DNA of 51,363 nucleotides, the filler included, from Sphacelaria rigidula (lineage: Eukaryota), in the NCBI GenBank assembly GCA_964200075.2. It is 4 parts of 4 records of this genome, joined end to end, with 100 filler letters (N's around TTAATTAATTAA, not from the genome) between each part and the next. Parts side by side here need not be neighbours in the genome. Positions count along the whole stretch, not along the records: positions 25,734 to 38,498 come from CAXNAA020003434.1; 3 more parts are not named here. The stretch is one strand, 5' to 3'. Position numbers and translations under genes: made by a program. The notes below the pieces were generated by a model. That model did not search any database, was not told where the DNA came from, and saw only the letters and a program-made list of their open reading frames with translations. Below, one piece after another: positions 26,044 to 37,950 of this stretch; the stretch's first letter is position 1; every line of letters starts with the position of its first letter.

Positions 26044-26498
26044 ATATCCCTAGCGGCCAGATCGACGAGCTAAGCCTTGTGGACGACGACGACAGCATGG
26101 ACTCGGAGGATGAGATACATGGCATGGAGATTCCGGACGGCTTTCGCATTCAAGTGTCTCCACCCGCAGCTCTTGGCAGTTCCATACTCCAGCGTGGAGT
26201 CCTTGTTAGGCTGGGCATGGGTTGGTTTGGTGAGCTCATCACTCGGCAGTCTCAGGAGCGTACTCGCCATGTTTACGACTACCGTGTACATTTCGAAGTA
26301 GACGAGAGTACGCGTAGCATGAAGCTGCCGTTGGAAATGTACAGTGGAGATTCGGATGTGGTGGTAGGCTCTTGGGTTTTGCTTGAGAGGAGCACGGTAG
26401 AGCAGGTGGATGGGGTGAGAGCTGCAGCCACGTTGGGCGTTAGCAGAGCGGGAAGAGTACGCACTCCCAACGTGACCCTTGTGAACCAGAAAGCGTGA
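26044..26498 (+). CDS. Probable terminal exon encoding an acidic linker plus a Tudor-like GSW domain, probably the C-terminus of a transposon protein
   Basis: Acceptor TTGCAG at 26038-26043; open to TGA at 26498; LVRLGMGWFGELI..YDYRVHF..MKLPLEMY..GSWVLL; four AAATAAG motifs at ~26702-26800 resemble subterminal repeats. Confidence 0.5.
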
Positions 26499-27189
26499 GG
26501 GTTGCATGATGCCGTGAAGTTTTCCACACTTGTACTTTCCAGCGATCGTGATGCTGCGACGCGTTCGAATGTCTGTTGTGCTCACAAGCGTTTTTCAATC
26601 ATCAGGCGGAGAGTGCGTATTTAATACTCATGTCAAGTACTCTGAGTCCTGTAGTTCACCACGAACGGACGTTGCCATACCCCCCTGGAGCACTGGGTGT
26701 TGAAATAAGGACACGAACCCGCGTTTTCAGGGACGAGTGCCTGGCCAAAATAAGAACTAGGCAAATAAGAACAGGTGCTCGGGTTGAGGCAAAAAATAAG
26801 CCTTGAGCCTCACGCAAACTAAGCGGTTCTTAAGTGCGGGCGCCTACTGTATGGCGACCACTTCTCGTCTGACCCCCTTCTTACCTACATATACAAGAGG
26901 AAATCATCGCCAGCCTCAGAGTTTCTTCGGCATCAGGACGACAGTCTCCCCCCGTAGGTCTCTGACTACTCTAGCAATACGACTTCCTTACAGTTGCGTT
27001 TTGATCATATTTTGCGATCTTCATCGCAGTTGGCCACGCGTCTCCCCCCAATACATGGCCGTACTATGGCGCCTACAGCCGCAACCCCTCTATTCCCCCA
27101 AGGCAAAAATATTTCTTCTGCGTCTTTGGAGCTTCGTTTTTCGCCCAACACCCCCACATCGAGTAGCGAAACTCATTTTTCCCATACAC

Positions 27190-27840
27190 CCGTAAAGTCT
27201 CGTTCCTCAACGAGCGAAAATGATTTGCCCTCTCCCAGTAGCGGAGTTGATTCGCGTTCTACGGTAGAACCTGATCTCCACCGACAACTGCCCGGCCTGT
27301 CTTCGATGCGTCGGATTCCTTGCCCTCTACTGTAGAGTCTTATCTCTCTACTACTGCAGAGGTTTCTCCCGTTTCCGCAGAGTCTGATTCCTCGCACGGT
27401 ACGGTAGAGTCTTCACGGACAAATGCCCGGCCTCTTTCAACGAATCTGATTCGTCGTCCTCTACTGCAGAGTCGATTTCCCTACTACCGTAGAGTCTCGT
27501 TCCCCCACGAGTGAGATTGATTACCCTCCTACTGTGGAGTCTGATTTCCCTACCACCGTAGAGTCTCGTTCCCCTATGAGTAAAATTGATTACCCCTCTA
27601 CTGTAGAGTCTGATCTTCCTACTACTGTAGAGTTTTCCCCCGTTGCCGCTGAATCTGATTCCTCATAGTAGTGGAGTCCTGTCCAAACCTTATATAATAT
27701 TAGAGTCGGAAGCGGGCTGTTTTCTATGAGTCTGATTCTTCACCCTACACTGTAGAGTTTGATCTTCCTACTACTGTAGAGTTTTCCTCCGTTACCGCTG
27801 AATCTGATTCCCCGTGTTCTGCTGTAGAATCTTCACCGGC
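27190..27840 (+). repeat. Degenerate minisatellite built on CTACTGTAGAGTCTGAT (STVESD-like units)
   Basis: More than 10 recurrences of TAC(T/C)GTAGAGT with higher-order duplications. Confidence 0.75.
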
Positions 27841-28000
27841 TCATGATGCGTCTACGGCTACTATAGCGTCTCGTTCCCGTACAAAGGAAGTTGGTTTTTG
27901 TGTGGAGCCCCCGAGTGAGGAAAGAGATATTTCATACCATTCCCCCAGTGTTGGTTCACGCCATATCTTCGACGAAGGCGTTGTGTCTCGTCCCCTCGAT

Positions 28001-28666
28001 TGATACAAACAGAACAGTGTTGGCCATAGTTGTTGTTGACATTGTGTATCTCTACTGTAAAAGCCGATGTACTAGAGCGAGGCAACAAGAGCATTTCGGT
28101 CATGCGAGTTACGATGTCTCGCTAGCTCATGCGATTACGACTCACTCTTCCTAAATGAATACATATTCCACCATTCCATTTGGCACACGCTTCGTTTTTA
28201 CTACTGTGTCGACCTTCTTGCATCCGCTCACTGCTTGAATCAAACATCTTACAGTCTCACCGTTATTCCTGAAACAATCGTAAGCTCACAGCACGTCGGA
28301 AAGTCCAACGCAGAACGATACGCGACGAGCGTCAGGATATCCTTGATCACGACTTCAGGCCGATTCGATTTCTCTTTTTCTCTTGGTGGTGTTGACTTGG
28401 CACTTCAGAGAAGTCGCACTTCAAAAGAAGAAGTGAAACACCAGGGTGACAGCTGGGTGAATCGATCCTTGGAAAGAACCGAATCCAATCAGATGTAAAG
28501 AGGCATGTTTATGTATTCCGTCTCTGGACGGATTACATCACCTTCACCCCTGATTGCGGTACTAGCCAGTTCCCGCAATCAGCCCTCCGGGCGTAGTGTC
28601 ATTTTGAAACCGACGGCCCATCATCGTACTACCCTTATCCACCGCGCCACGTCGCGATCCGTAACA
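28001..28666 (-). repeat. 3' LTR (666 bp, TGTTAC...GTATCA)
   Basis: 28001-28577 equals 35641-36217 apart from mismatches at 28092 and 28173; it begins right after the [17 protein letters not shown] (28667-28680). Confidence 0.85.
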
Positions 28667-29279
28667 CCCCCCCTCAGTCCTAGGATTGAAAAACCCTGGG
28701 ACTGAACGTGGTTCACGCGATATATCGCGGCGTTACCATGTCCCTCTTCCCGAGTACTCGGCGTCTTGGTGTAGCCGTCGATCTTGATAACCGTTCTGCT
28801 GGGTTAGACCGCGTAGGGCATTGCAACACCACGCAGCAACGATTCTATCCCGCCCGGGGGGGGTCCTTGATCTTGTTGACCGCTCTGCTGTGTTAGACCA
28901 CGTAGGGAATTCAAACACCGTACAGAAACGATCCAATCCAGTACGGAGAAGTCCTTGATCTTGTTGATCGCTGTCTTCCGTTGGATGCAGCAGCCACTGC
29001 AGCGTAGCATCGTCCTCCCACGCCACTCCAAGGCTTTTCCACACTTCATTCGATGCTGCCAGTTCGCTCCGACCAGACAACCTCACTGTCGAGTCGTCAT
29101 CAAGCGCGCTTGGCTTGACAGCACGGAAGAGGTTCGAAGTTGCCGAATCTCCTTGGCTGGTGAGGTGGTTGGTGGCAACAGCTCCGAGTTTTGGGGGATT
29201 GTTAGACAAGAACCGGACTCACGGCGCCTCCGGCGAAGGTCGAAATCCTGATCGACCCTCAAAAGACACTGTACTCTTG

Positions 29280-29600
29280 TTCCTTTTAAAGAATCTTGCC
29301 CCCAGAATAAACCGTACGGCAATCCATCGATCACCCTAATCCATACTTTCCTTATTCTGTTCTTTGGGTGGAACCGAATCGGGATTACCGCTGACCCCAG
29401 AATCTTCATCGGTGGCGTCCGGCTGTCACTAAGGTTTGCTGCCCTTAGAAATCCTGCTCCCTGTTGCTGCAGCTTGCCTGTCATGTTACCCCAAGTTACC
29501 AACGACTTCCACAACTACTTTGATGCATAGCTTCCCCCCCTCGCCACGGTGTCCAGTAATATCGTTAATGGTAAACCGTGGCTACTTTTCCTGCGGTGCC
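29280..29600 (-). pseudogene. Retropepsin protease, frameshifted
   Basis: GLPLTILLDT(G)GEGGSY with an indel, then MKILGSAVIPIRF..IRVIDGLPYGL. Confidence 0.65.
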
Positions 29601-29706
29601 AAGCTCTAGCTTGCACCCACAGTTGCTGTGCATCACTACCCTTCACTATTGCTCAACTACCCACGTCTACGCTGTCCCCCGGGGACTGCGGCGCCAGGAC
29701 GCACCT

Positions 29707-31910
29707 TCATTCCTCGCTTGTGGCGTCGAAACGGTTGCTCAGTGCATCAACCGTTTCGACTCCCTCCTCCTCTTCGCCGCTTTCCGGTTTGTCCAGCCTG
29801 TGGTCGAACCCCCGATCGTCGTTCTGGCTGTCGATCAGCCCGAACAACTCCCCCAGTGGTAGGCTCATCAGCCTATCCCTCTTGATCTTGGGCTTTGCTT
29901 GGGTCTGCTGCGGCTTCTTGTAATAACCGAAGGGAATGCGGTCTTGGTCTTGGGAATAGTTGCATCCATCTGTGTCCTTGCTGCTGCAGTCTCGTCCGTA
30001 CGCGTGGTTGAAACACACTCCCAGCAATCGTATGGCGACATCACGCTTCCCCTTGGGCGGATTGCGGGCAGGAAGGAACCCGGTCGCCGTTGCTTCTCCT
30101 CGCGTGTCGAACTTGACACGTTTGGTGTGCTCGGCTGACTCTTCCCGCGGACGCTTCCGCGCTTCACGAGTAGATGAGGATGTCCCGAAAGGCGTGCCGC
30201 CGCGTGGTGTTGATGCCTTTTGGTTGCTGAAGGCAGGAACGGAATCGAAGTCTTGTTCTTGGGCCTCCTCCCCTGCTTCTCGCAGGAGTCGCTTCTTGGT
30301 TTCTAGCAACCACGCGTATATGGGCTTGTGCGCGAGGCGTGCTAGGGCTGCAGTGGCGCTACTCATCGCATCTGCAGTCGTTTTAGCACACTCACAGTGG
30401 CGTTGGATGGCAGATATGAATTCACTATATATACGATACGTGACGCGCCCTCGCATCTTCATGTCTGGGCTGCACAGGTTTCCGTGGTGAACTGGTAACG
30501 AGCGGACGTCGTACTCCAAGGCCTTGTTGGGTACTTGTAGTAGCGTATGCGATACCAATTGTGCAGTCGGGTCCTGAATTACCAACTTATGGAAGATGCC
30601 ACAAATCCGCGAGACTAAAAGTTCTGAGGCCGTCCTCCACAAATATTCCTCCTCTGCGAAGTGTGGAGAAGCTGGAGATATCCTGGCCGCCATGGTCAAC
30701 AGTATCAGACGGTGAGCGGCCGCTACGTAGCTCCCATTTTTCAGTAGTTTCACGTTTTGTAGTGCAGCTTCTGCATGGCTTGTACCCATTCTCGCTTCTT
30801 CCGCTACTAGCTTCCTGAGCCACTCTAGGGCGGTTACGTCCCCAAACGGTAAGCGTATGATATCTCCTGCTACGCCAGGTACCGAGATCTGCGTTTCTCT
30901 CCAAGTTGTCATCTCCGTGTACGGCGCTGAAGTGGGCAGCATTACGCGCATCAGGAGATCCTTACGCCTATCTGTATACTGATCCGCTTGTGGTTTCAGC
31001 GGCTTACTTGTCATGTGTGCGTCAGTAGGCACCCTCCAATTTCCCCCCTCATACTAATAAAATACGCCGCCAACGTGGTACGGAAATGGTTCGAAAACAG
31101 GACCGCGGAGTTGTGAAAAGTCAGTTCTGCAGTGTGGTCTACAGACCATCCCTTGTATACGATGGCGACAGTGTCCTTGGAACCGAGCAGCTTGGCTAAA
31201 ATGTTTGCTTGACGGGTCACCGATTGTTGGTGTTTCAGTACCGCCGACCAGTTGAGATCAAACGGGTGAGCAAATGGTGCGGGAATACGAGGGTACGTGG
31301 CCCCACACGGAGTCAACCCGTCCAACCTGGATTGGGATGCCGGGGTTACACCAGAGGGATTGAGGGATCCGTAGAACGGACTGCGGTAGAGACTGACCGG
31401 GCCAGGCGCGACCATAAACCTAGAGCGACGCTGCGGGGGCAACGGCGGTGGAGGTGGTAGCTGGGAACGAGTGAAATTTCTAGCGGCCGGTGCTTGAGGG
31501 CCCCCCTGAGGCGCAGAGACTGGCATTGCCGGCTGAAGAGACGGAGGAACAGACGACGGGACATGCTGAGGCATCGGGCCAAAGTGCCCTTGCTGTTGCT
31601 GTTGCAGAATCTGCTGCTGCTGCTGCGGCGCAGCCGCCTGTTGCGGCCGGAGGGATGCATCAACCTGCTGATGAGGATGCGCGGTTACCTGTTGCTGCGG
31701 AAGAGGTCCAACAACCTGCTGCTGAGGTGATGCGGTAGCCTGCTGTTGTTGGACAGGTCCAATACACTGTTGCTGAGGGGGTGCGGCAGCCTGCTGTTAC
31801 TGGACGGGGGCGAAAGGTTGTTGTTGCTGAGAGGCTTGCACTGGAGGCTGTTGAGCTGACCCGGATGGGTAGAAGGGTTGGGCTTGCGGGTTCAGGGGGT
31901 TTTCACGCAT
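29707..31910 (-). pseudogene. Gag-like polyprotein: PAM2-like motif, Q/P-rich N-terminus, helical core, degenerate CCCH finger
   Basis: ATG at 31910 (MRENPLNPQAQPFYP); CAA>TAA stop at 31797; frameshift at ~31030; CFNHAYGRDCSSKDTDGCNYSQ near 29950-30020. Confidence 0.65.
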
Positions 31911-34900
31911 CTTTTCGCCGAGTTTCGAGTGGGCTATGCGGTACTTGGAACGATCACCTGCACGCATATGCCACATGGGAATACTAACACCAGTTAAACG
32001 CACTTCATATTATCAACACAATGCCTCACCTTCTTCGTGGGCGCATTGGGCGGAATGGGTTGGAAACGTTCTCAACTCATCAACGGCGAGAGGACACGAT
32101 GGGATAGAGCGGACAGCATCACTTTTCCATCATGATACGAAAGTGGACACCAGAAAGGGAAGGCGAACAAGGGGAGAGCAGGAATTTGATCGAGCAAGAC
32201 AGGTTCATGTGAGCATTCGGCCCAGGTTTTTCCTTTGTGGGGAATAACCAAGGATATTTTCCTAGGCCTCAGCCTCCTGTCAACCTGTAAGGGCACGCGG
32301 GGGGAAATATGGCTCCCATATACCTATTCGGACGAGGACGGTCTTGCTATCTTGGGCCTTGGTCCTCCTTCATTTCCCTTTATGTAGTGATTTTCCGCCT
32401 GCTTGTTGTATGAGCTCATTGTATAATACACGCATACTCCGGACTCACGCAAATTTTCCAAATTCATTCACCCGTTGTCTGACTTACATGCTAGCAAAGT
32501 GCATAATGTTCACAATCATGACTCTCGTCGTTCAGTACCAGCCAACCGCCCTGTCGTTTTCTTCTTGATTTATATTTCGGCAAAAGAATGCGTGGAACCC
32601 ATAGACCCTCAAGACCAGAAGCCCTGCCCAGAAGAACGCAGCCCTGTCCTGATGGTGGTCGTGGCATGCACGGATGGACGATCAACGTTTTGGAGTTGGT
32701 TGCCGGTGCGTGCAAATTAGACAGACAACGGGAGTCAGTGTAGTGTCCGTCGGGTAGCCCCGTGCAGGTCTCTTGCTTGCAACACTCTAAGCAGCTGCCC
32801 AATCGTAACAGTGTTGAATTGATCATCGCAGCCATGGGTGGAAAACTCAAGTTCTCAATGACTGATGGTTGATAATCCGCAACCCCGGGGATCGTTGAAC
32901 CAATTCTGTGGAAGAGAGAACAATATTGTGGTCAGTGCAGGAGTGCACTTGGATACGATCCTTCCATGTATTTAAAGTCGTGAACTAACTAAAATACACG
33001 GTTGGGTCTGGTTTATTCACAATCGGAGTAGACACCCCACAACCTTGAGCTATCCTACAGGGAGAACCAAGTTGAGGTAACATCCATTTGCATGACAATA
33101 AACGTTCCGACTATCAATGACCTGCCCCCCCTGACCAGGGCGTAGGGTAAATGCCTCATTTTCGTCTGTTCCAACCTCTCAGTTTCCGTTCAAGACAAAT
33201 TGGCTGCCTAGTCTGGTAGTAGGTGTAATTCGTGATTCAATGGAGACTCACTACAGACAGGTCGCGATGCGTTTTCGGAGTTGATAGACGCAAACATCCC
33301 ACACCCCATGCGTACCGTTCCCTTAACCTCCCGTAAAAACACACTACACGTGCATTACTAAACTGAATACACAGTCAGGGAATCCAGCGATATACTCGTA
33401 CTGCAGGCTCTGAACAGTCAGTACAGTCATCATGTACCGCTCTTCTTGTAAGAGCAGTCACAACTCAATCTAACGGTCGTATGTAGAGGGTTGAATTTGA
33501 CAGCACAACCCAATCTGGAAATGATCAATCACGAATATGTCGGAATACCCCGCTTTCACTAATTCCAGGGTTGCCTGTTTCATTCGAGCGTCATTACAGA
33601 TTCACAGGTAGACTACATAACGTTTTTACGGGAGGATTTTGAAACATGACGGCTGAAGACAACATAACGTTGCTCTTTGCAACTGCATCACTCGGCAATA
33701 ACCGAACGCACAGCTTCCAGCAACGGTGTAGCGGAATGAAGATTCCCAGCATCCTCCTTGGATCCTGTCGAATCAACCATCGTTAATAGATCCGGCTCTT
33801 TCTAGGAAAAGTATTAATCTGGATTACTCAGTGCAAAGATAGGTGCGAGTCTCGAAAGGCGCAACAGCAGCTGTGGCCTGGTGCGTAATGCACACACAAC
33901 GGTGTTCATTACAGGCTAAATCATTAGCCAAATCATTGTCGCTTGAGTTGTGAATACACCCATCGTTGCTCCAGGTTCCTCACTCTATCTTCGTCAGAAA
34001 ATTGATAACATCGGAGGTAGCACCGGCACGTCGCGTTAGGTTACATAAAGCCGGGTGTCTTTTCGCATTGTACTGCTGCATGCACCACATGATGGTCTGC
34101 TCGCACGTCAATAATCTCACCGTCATACAAGGACGTATATCACAGCAATATAGGAAAATCAAGCGTGAAGTGCCCCGCTCTTGAGCTGGTGTCCCTTCAC
34201 GGCGCGGTCCGCAGGCATGGCATAAGTTAACTCGCGTCACCTCCATGCTACTATTCACAACCATAGAGTAGTGGAGGAAAACGGTATCTTGCCTTAGCGT
34301 GGAAGCATGATTTCGAACTGTTGGCGCGCACGGTAACCCGAAAGATATGGGTCATGTGCACACAAAACTACTCGTACGCGTATTTGTGAGATGCAAATTT
34401 TACATTTATCCGAGCCGGCAGACTAGCATACGCTAGTTGCGTAACCCCAGCACCCTACTACAAAGCCAGCATCAAGGTGTCTCATCTCACAGCGAAAGAC
34501 GGTGTACAGCCACATCTATGCGGGGTGTACAGTAAGTCTGGAGCCGCTCCATCCCGCGGCGCGGAGACGGTGTGAAACCTGTTTGCAGCAGATTGTGCCA
34601 GAACCCAATTTTGTCCACCTACGCTGTTTTTAATCGCGTGGGAATTGCACTTCAAACACCTGCATCCTTGAACTTCAAATTCAGTTGATGAGTGATAATT
34701 GCTGCCTAACGCCGTGGACACGGATCTTTGGTGGCATAGGATAAAACCAGTAGGTAGCGACTTTAATCGCACACGGGATTAACCGCGGACACAGTTGATT
34801 TACTTTTACAACCCCAGGCAACGCCTCAGTTTACTTACGATCCACAATCTAGAAAAGAAAAACAGAACGTAGTTTTCGGGCAGGTCCAGAGCTGAACCCA

Positions 34901-35622
34901 ATAGCCCGCAATTATATTGTTAGTTGTACGGGTATGGGCCCGCTGACTCACGTATGTGGGGGTTCTTTACGTTCTCCAGTCATTTCATATGTACGCACGC
35001 ATAACATCACCTCCCGCCTCGGCAGCTGCTGCGTCTTGAAGCTCTTTCCAAAATTATAACCTTGCAGCTTTTGTCCAGACTACCGCCTTTTTGCTCTATT
35101 GAGCGCAGCTCTGTGCATGATCGTGTAATGATGGCTCTGTTGATTGATGTTCGCTCCGGTTTTAGTTTTTCACGCGTTTCGCAATAGAAACATAGCTCTT
35201 GCAATGGAGTACAGATAGGAATCACCCGACTTGGACGTTCGTACTATTTTGTAAAAAGTGCCTTGTTGGTTAATATCTCGATGTTTCCCTCCAACTGCGG
35301 TCGGCTTATCAGGAGTGAGGTGATTGTCGCCTCTTGACCACATGCGTCTCCGCAGTTTGATTACCCCTGTACTGGCGCAAAACGTGAGCGCGTCGCTCCC
35401 AGCGAACATCATGATAGCTGGTAATTTTTCTGTCAAGGTATGCCCTTGCAAAACAAACCTGTCATGGTCATGCGAGCGAAATTGCACCGTGTAATTATTA
35501 TTTCATACTTCGAAGTATAATGAAAATCGAATCCCTGAACCGCTGCTACGCATATCCTCCTGCGTCATGGTACCCTCCTGAAGGTGTGACTAGGCCGCAG
35601 GTGATATGATAGGACACGATAG

Positions 35623-35640
35623 TCCCGGTTGGAAGCACCA
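35623..35640 (-). promoter_or_regulatory. Primer binding site TGGTGCTTCCAACCGGGA (tRNA isotype not determined)
   Basis: TGG-initiated 18-mer directly after the 5' LTR end ...GTATCA; its complement reads like a tRNA 3' end, ...GGAAGCA-CCA. Confidence 0.8.
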
Positions 35641-36217
35641 TGATACAAACAGAACAGTGTTGGCCATAGTTGTTGTTGACATTGTGTATCTCTACTGTAA
35701 AAGCCGATGTACTAGAGCGAGGCAACAAGAGTATTTCGGTCATGCGAGTTACGATGTCTCGCTAGCTCATGCGATTACGACTCACTCTTCCTAAATGAAT
35801 ACATATTCCACCGTTCCATTTGGCACACGCTTCGTTTTTACTACTGTGTCGACCTTCTTGCATCCGCTCACTGCTTGAATCAAACATCTTACAGTCTCAC
35901 CGTTATTCCTGAAACAATCGTAAGCTCACAGCACGTCGGAAAGTCCAACGCAGAACGATACGCGACGAGCGTCAGGATATCCTTGATCACGACTTCAGGC
36001 CGATTCGATTTCTCTTTTTCTCTTGGTGGTGTTGACTTGGCACTTCAGAGAAGTCGCACTTCAAAAGAAGAAGTGAAACACCAGGGTGACAGCTGGGTGA
36101 ATCGATCCTTGGAAAGAACCGAATCCAATCAGATGTAAAGAGGCATGTTTATGTATTCCGTCTCTGGACGGATTACATCACCTTCACCCCTGATTGCGGT
36201 ACTAGCCAGTTCCCGCA
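35641..36217 (-). repeat. 5' LTR, lacking the first 89 bp of U3
   Basis: Near-identical to 28001-28577; similarity stops abruptly at 36217. Confidence 0.88.
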
Positions 36218-36359
36218 TAACGTTGTTCACCGGAAGGGTGGGTAATGAAGCTAGTACCGTCGCCAACCCACCGGCATCCCCGCAGCCGCTGATTCACACG
36301 GTGGAACCCGAGCCGCCACCAACACGCCCGTCGTCAACACGTGATGTAGTGCACCCAAA

Positions 36360-36545
36360 TCTTTTTACTGCTGCTACGCCGTCGCCACCACGATTTCCAT
36401 CCGTCGCCGCGCCGCAACACCCACATATTCCTTCTACTACTGCGCCGCCATCGCCACCATTTCTGTCCTCTGCCGCACCGCAACACCCATATATTCTCAC
36501 TACTGTTGCGCCACCGCTACTATCATTTCCCACTGCATCACCGCA
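36360..36545 (+). repeat. ~69-bp Pro/Ala/Thr-coding-like tandem repeat x2.5
   Basis: Units PSPPRFPSVAAPQHPHIPSTTA / PSPPFLSSAAPQHPYILTTVA. Confidence 0.6.
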
Positions 36546-37533
36546 CAGTCGCCGACAACTCCGAGTGCGACGCAACTGCTGCCAACTTCAATGATATCGT
36601 CGCCGACATTACCGCAGCAACCACCGGCAACTCTGCTTCATTTTACTCTGACGAATTCATCGGTATCGCCGCTGACAACACCACTGCCGCCACCACCGAC
36701 CCAGTCTGCAAAACCTTTTCACGCGTGGCGTCGTCGGTGCCGGTGGAAAGGAGCAGGGGGGCGGTGCCGGTCGCATGGAGCAGAGGGCGCGTGGGCAAAA
36801 AGGAATACAGAGGCCGGAGATAGATTTTGGAGGATAGTATGCTTCAAATGTGGCTATTTCAAGTGTTGCATTATTGACGGCTCGAGCTTGCTAGTAGATT
36901 CATACTTTGCGTCATTTTGATTCTGAATAGGGGTTTGGACCATTGGGCTTCGCATGAAGGCGCATTCATGCGACTACTGTCTGGTTGCAGTGGTCTGATT
37001 GATAGGTATCAGACTTGCGATAGTTGATGATTGGCATGCTTCACTAGGCTTGTTGGGATTTGTTGGGGATTTTCCTACGTAAGGATAGCTGGCGCGCATC
37101 CAAACCGCGTGAATATTACAGGCATATGACTTTGATCTTACGTGGGGATCTCAGTACGACACTTTTGTACTGTATCGTACTGTATGTATTACCGTACTTC
37201 GATTCGAGTTTAACTGTATGAGCCTCGGTTCTTAGTATCACCGAGATGCCAACGTAGTTTGAATTATTCCCTTCGTCCGAGTTTGGTTTCCGACACGAAT
37301 CCAAGTGTTTCCAACCAAGTGCTATGGTCACTAAAGAGTCAGGGCGTCGGTGGATTTGATGACATAAACCTTTTGATGAATCATGGTACATACCGGATTC
37401 TTTTTGGTTGATATAATTGATTGAACCTGGATTTTGAAGCATGTCTTTTTGATGGATTATGAAAGAAACATGGCCTGAGATTTGATGGATTATACTCCCG
37501 CAAATGGGAAAGTGATATAGGCTTGGAACAAGG

Positions 37534-37950
37534 GATTTTGTAAATTGGAAATGAGTTTTTTATTGAGGATGAGAATCCGGAAAATTAAAATCTTCGTATC
37601 CGCATCAAATCTTCGAAAGATGGTTCCATTTCTTCACTTGCTGGTAGCTGTTGACAACTACTACATGTCATATAAATTTGGATTTTGATTACCTAAATGT
37701 TGGGGTCCTGGGTGAAATAATAATTTTGGGGTCCGATCGGATTACCTAAATTCCCCCAACCTTGGTTCTCACTTAGGACCCCAACATGTTGATTATCACG
37801 ATCCCAATTTGTATGGCGTGTAGTAGTTGTCAACAGCTATCAGTAGGTGAAGGAATGGGACTATATTTCGAAGATTTGATGAGGGTACGAATATTTTAAT
37901 TCTCCAGGTTCTCATCCTCAATAAAAACTCCGTCCCCAATTTGTAAAATC
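37534..37950 (+). repeat. Long imperfect inverted repeat (arms 37534-37715 and 37769-37950, ~53-nt loop)
   Basis: Arms align end to end, e.g. TAGCTGTTGACAACTACTACA / TGTAGTAGTTGTCAACAGCTA and TTTATTGAGGATGAGAA / TTCTCATCCTCAATAAA. Confidence 0.9.

Larger units (their letters stand above)
28001..36217 (-). mobile_element. Non-autonomous LTR retrotransposon: 5' LTR, PBS, ~3.7-kb leader, decayed gag-protease, PPT, 3' LTR; no RT/RH/INT
   Basis: 577-bp direct repeats with two mismatches, a tRNA-type PBS, a PPT, and gag/PR remnants. Confidence 0.88.

Noticed and set aside
27190-27840. Repeat-spacer-like pattern resembling a CRISPR array
   Set aside because: The intervening sequences are themselves duplicated and irregular; no cas genes; eukaryotic minisatellite.
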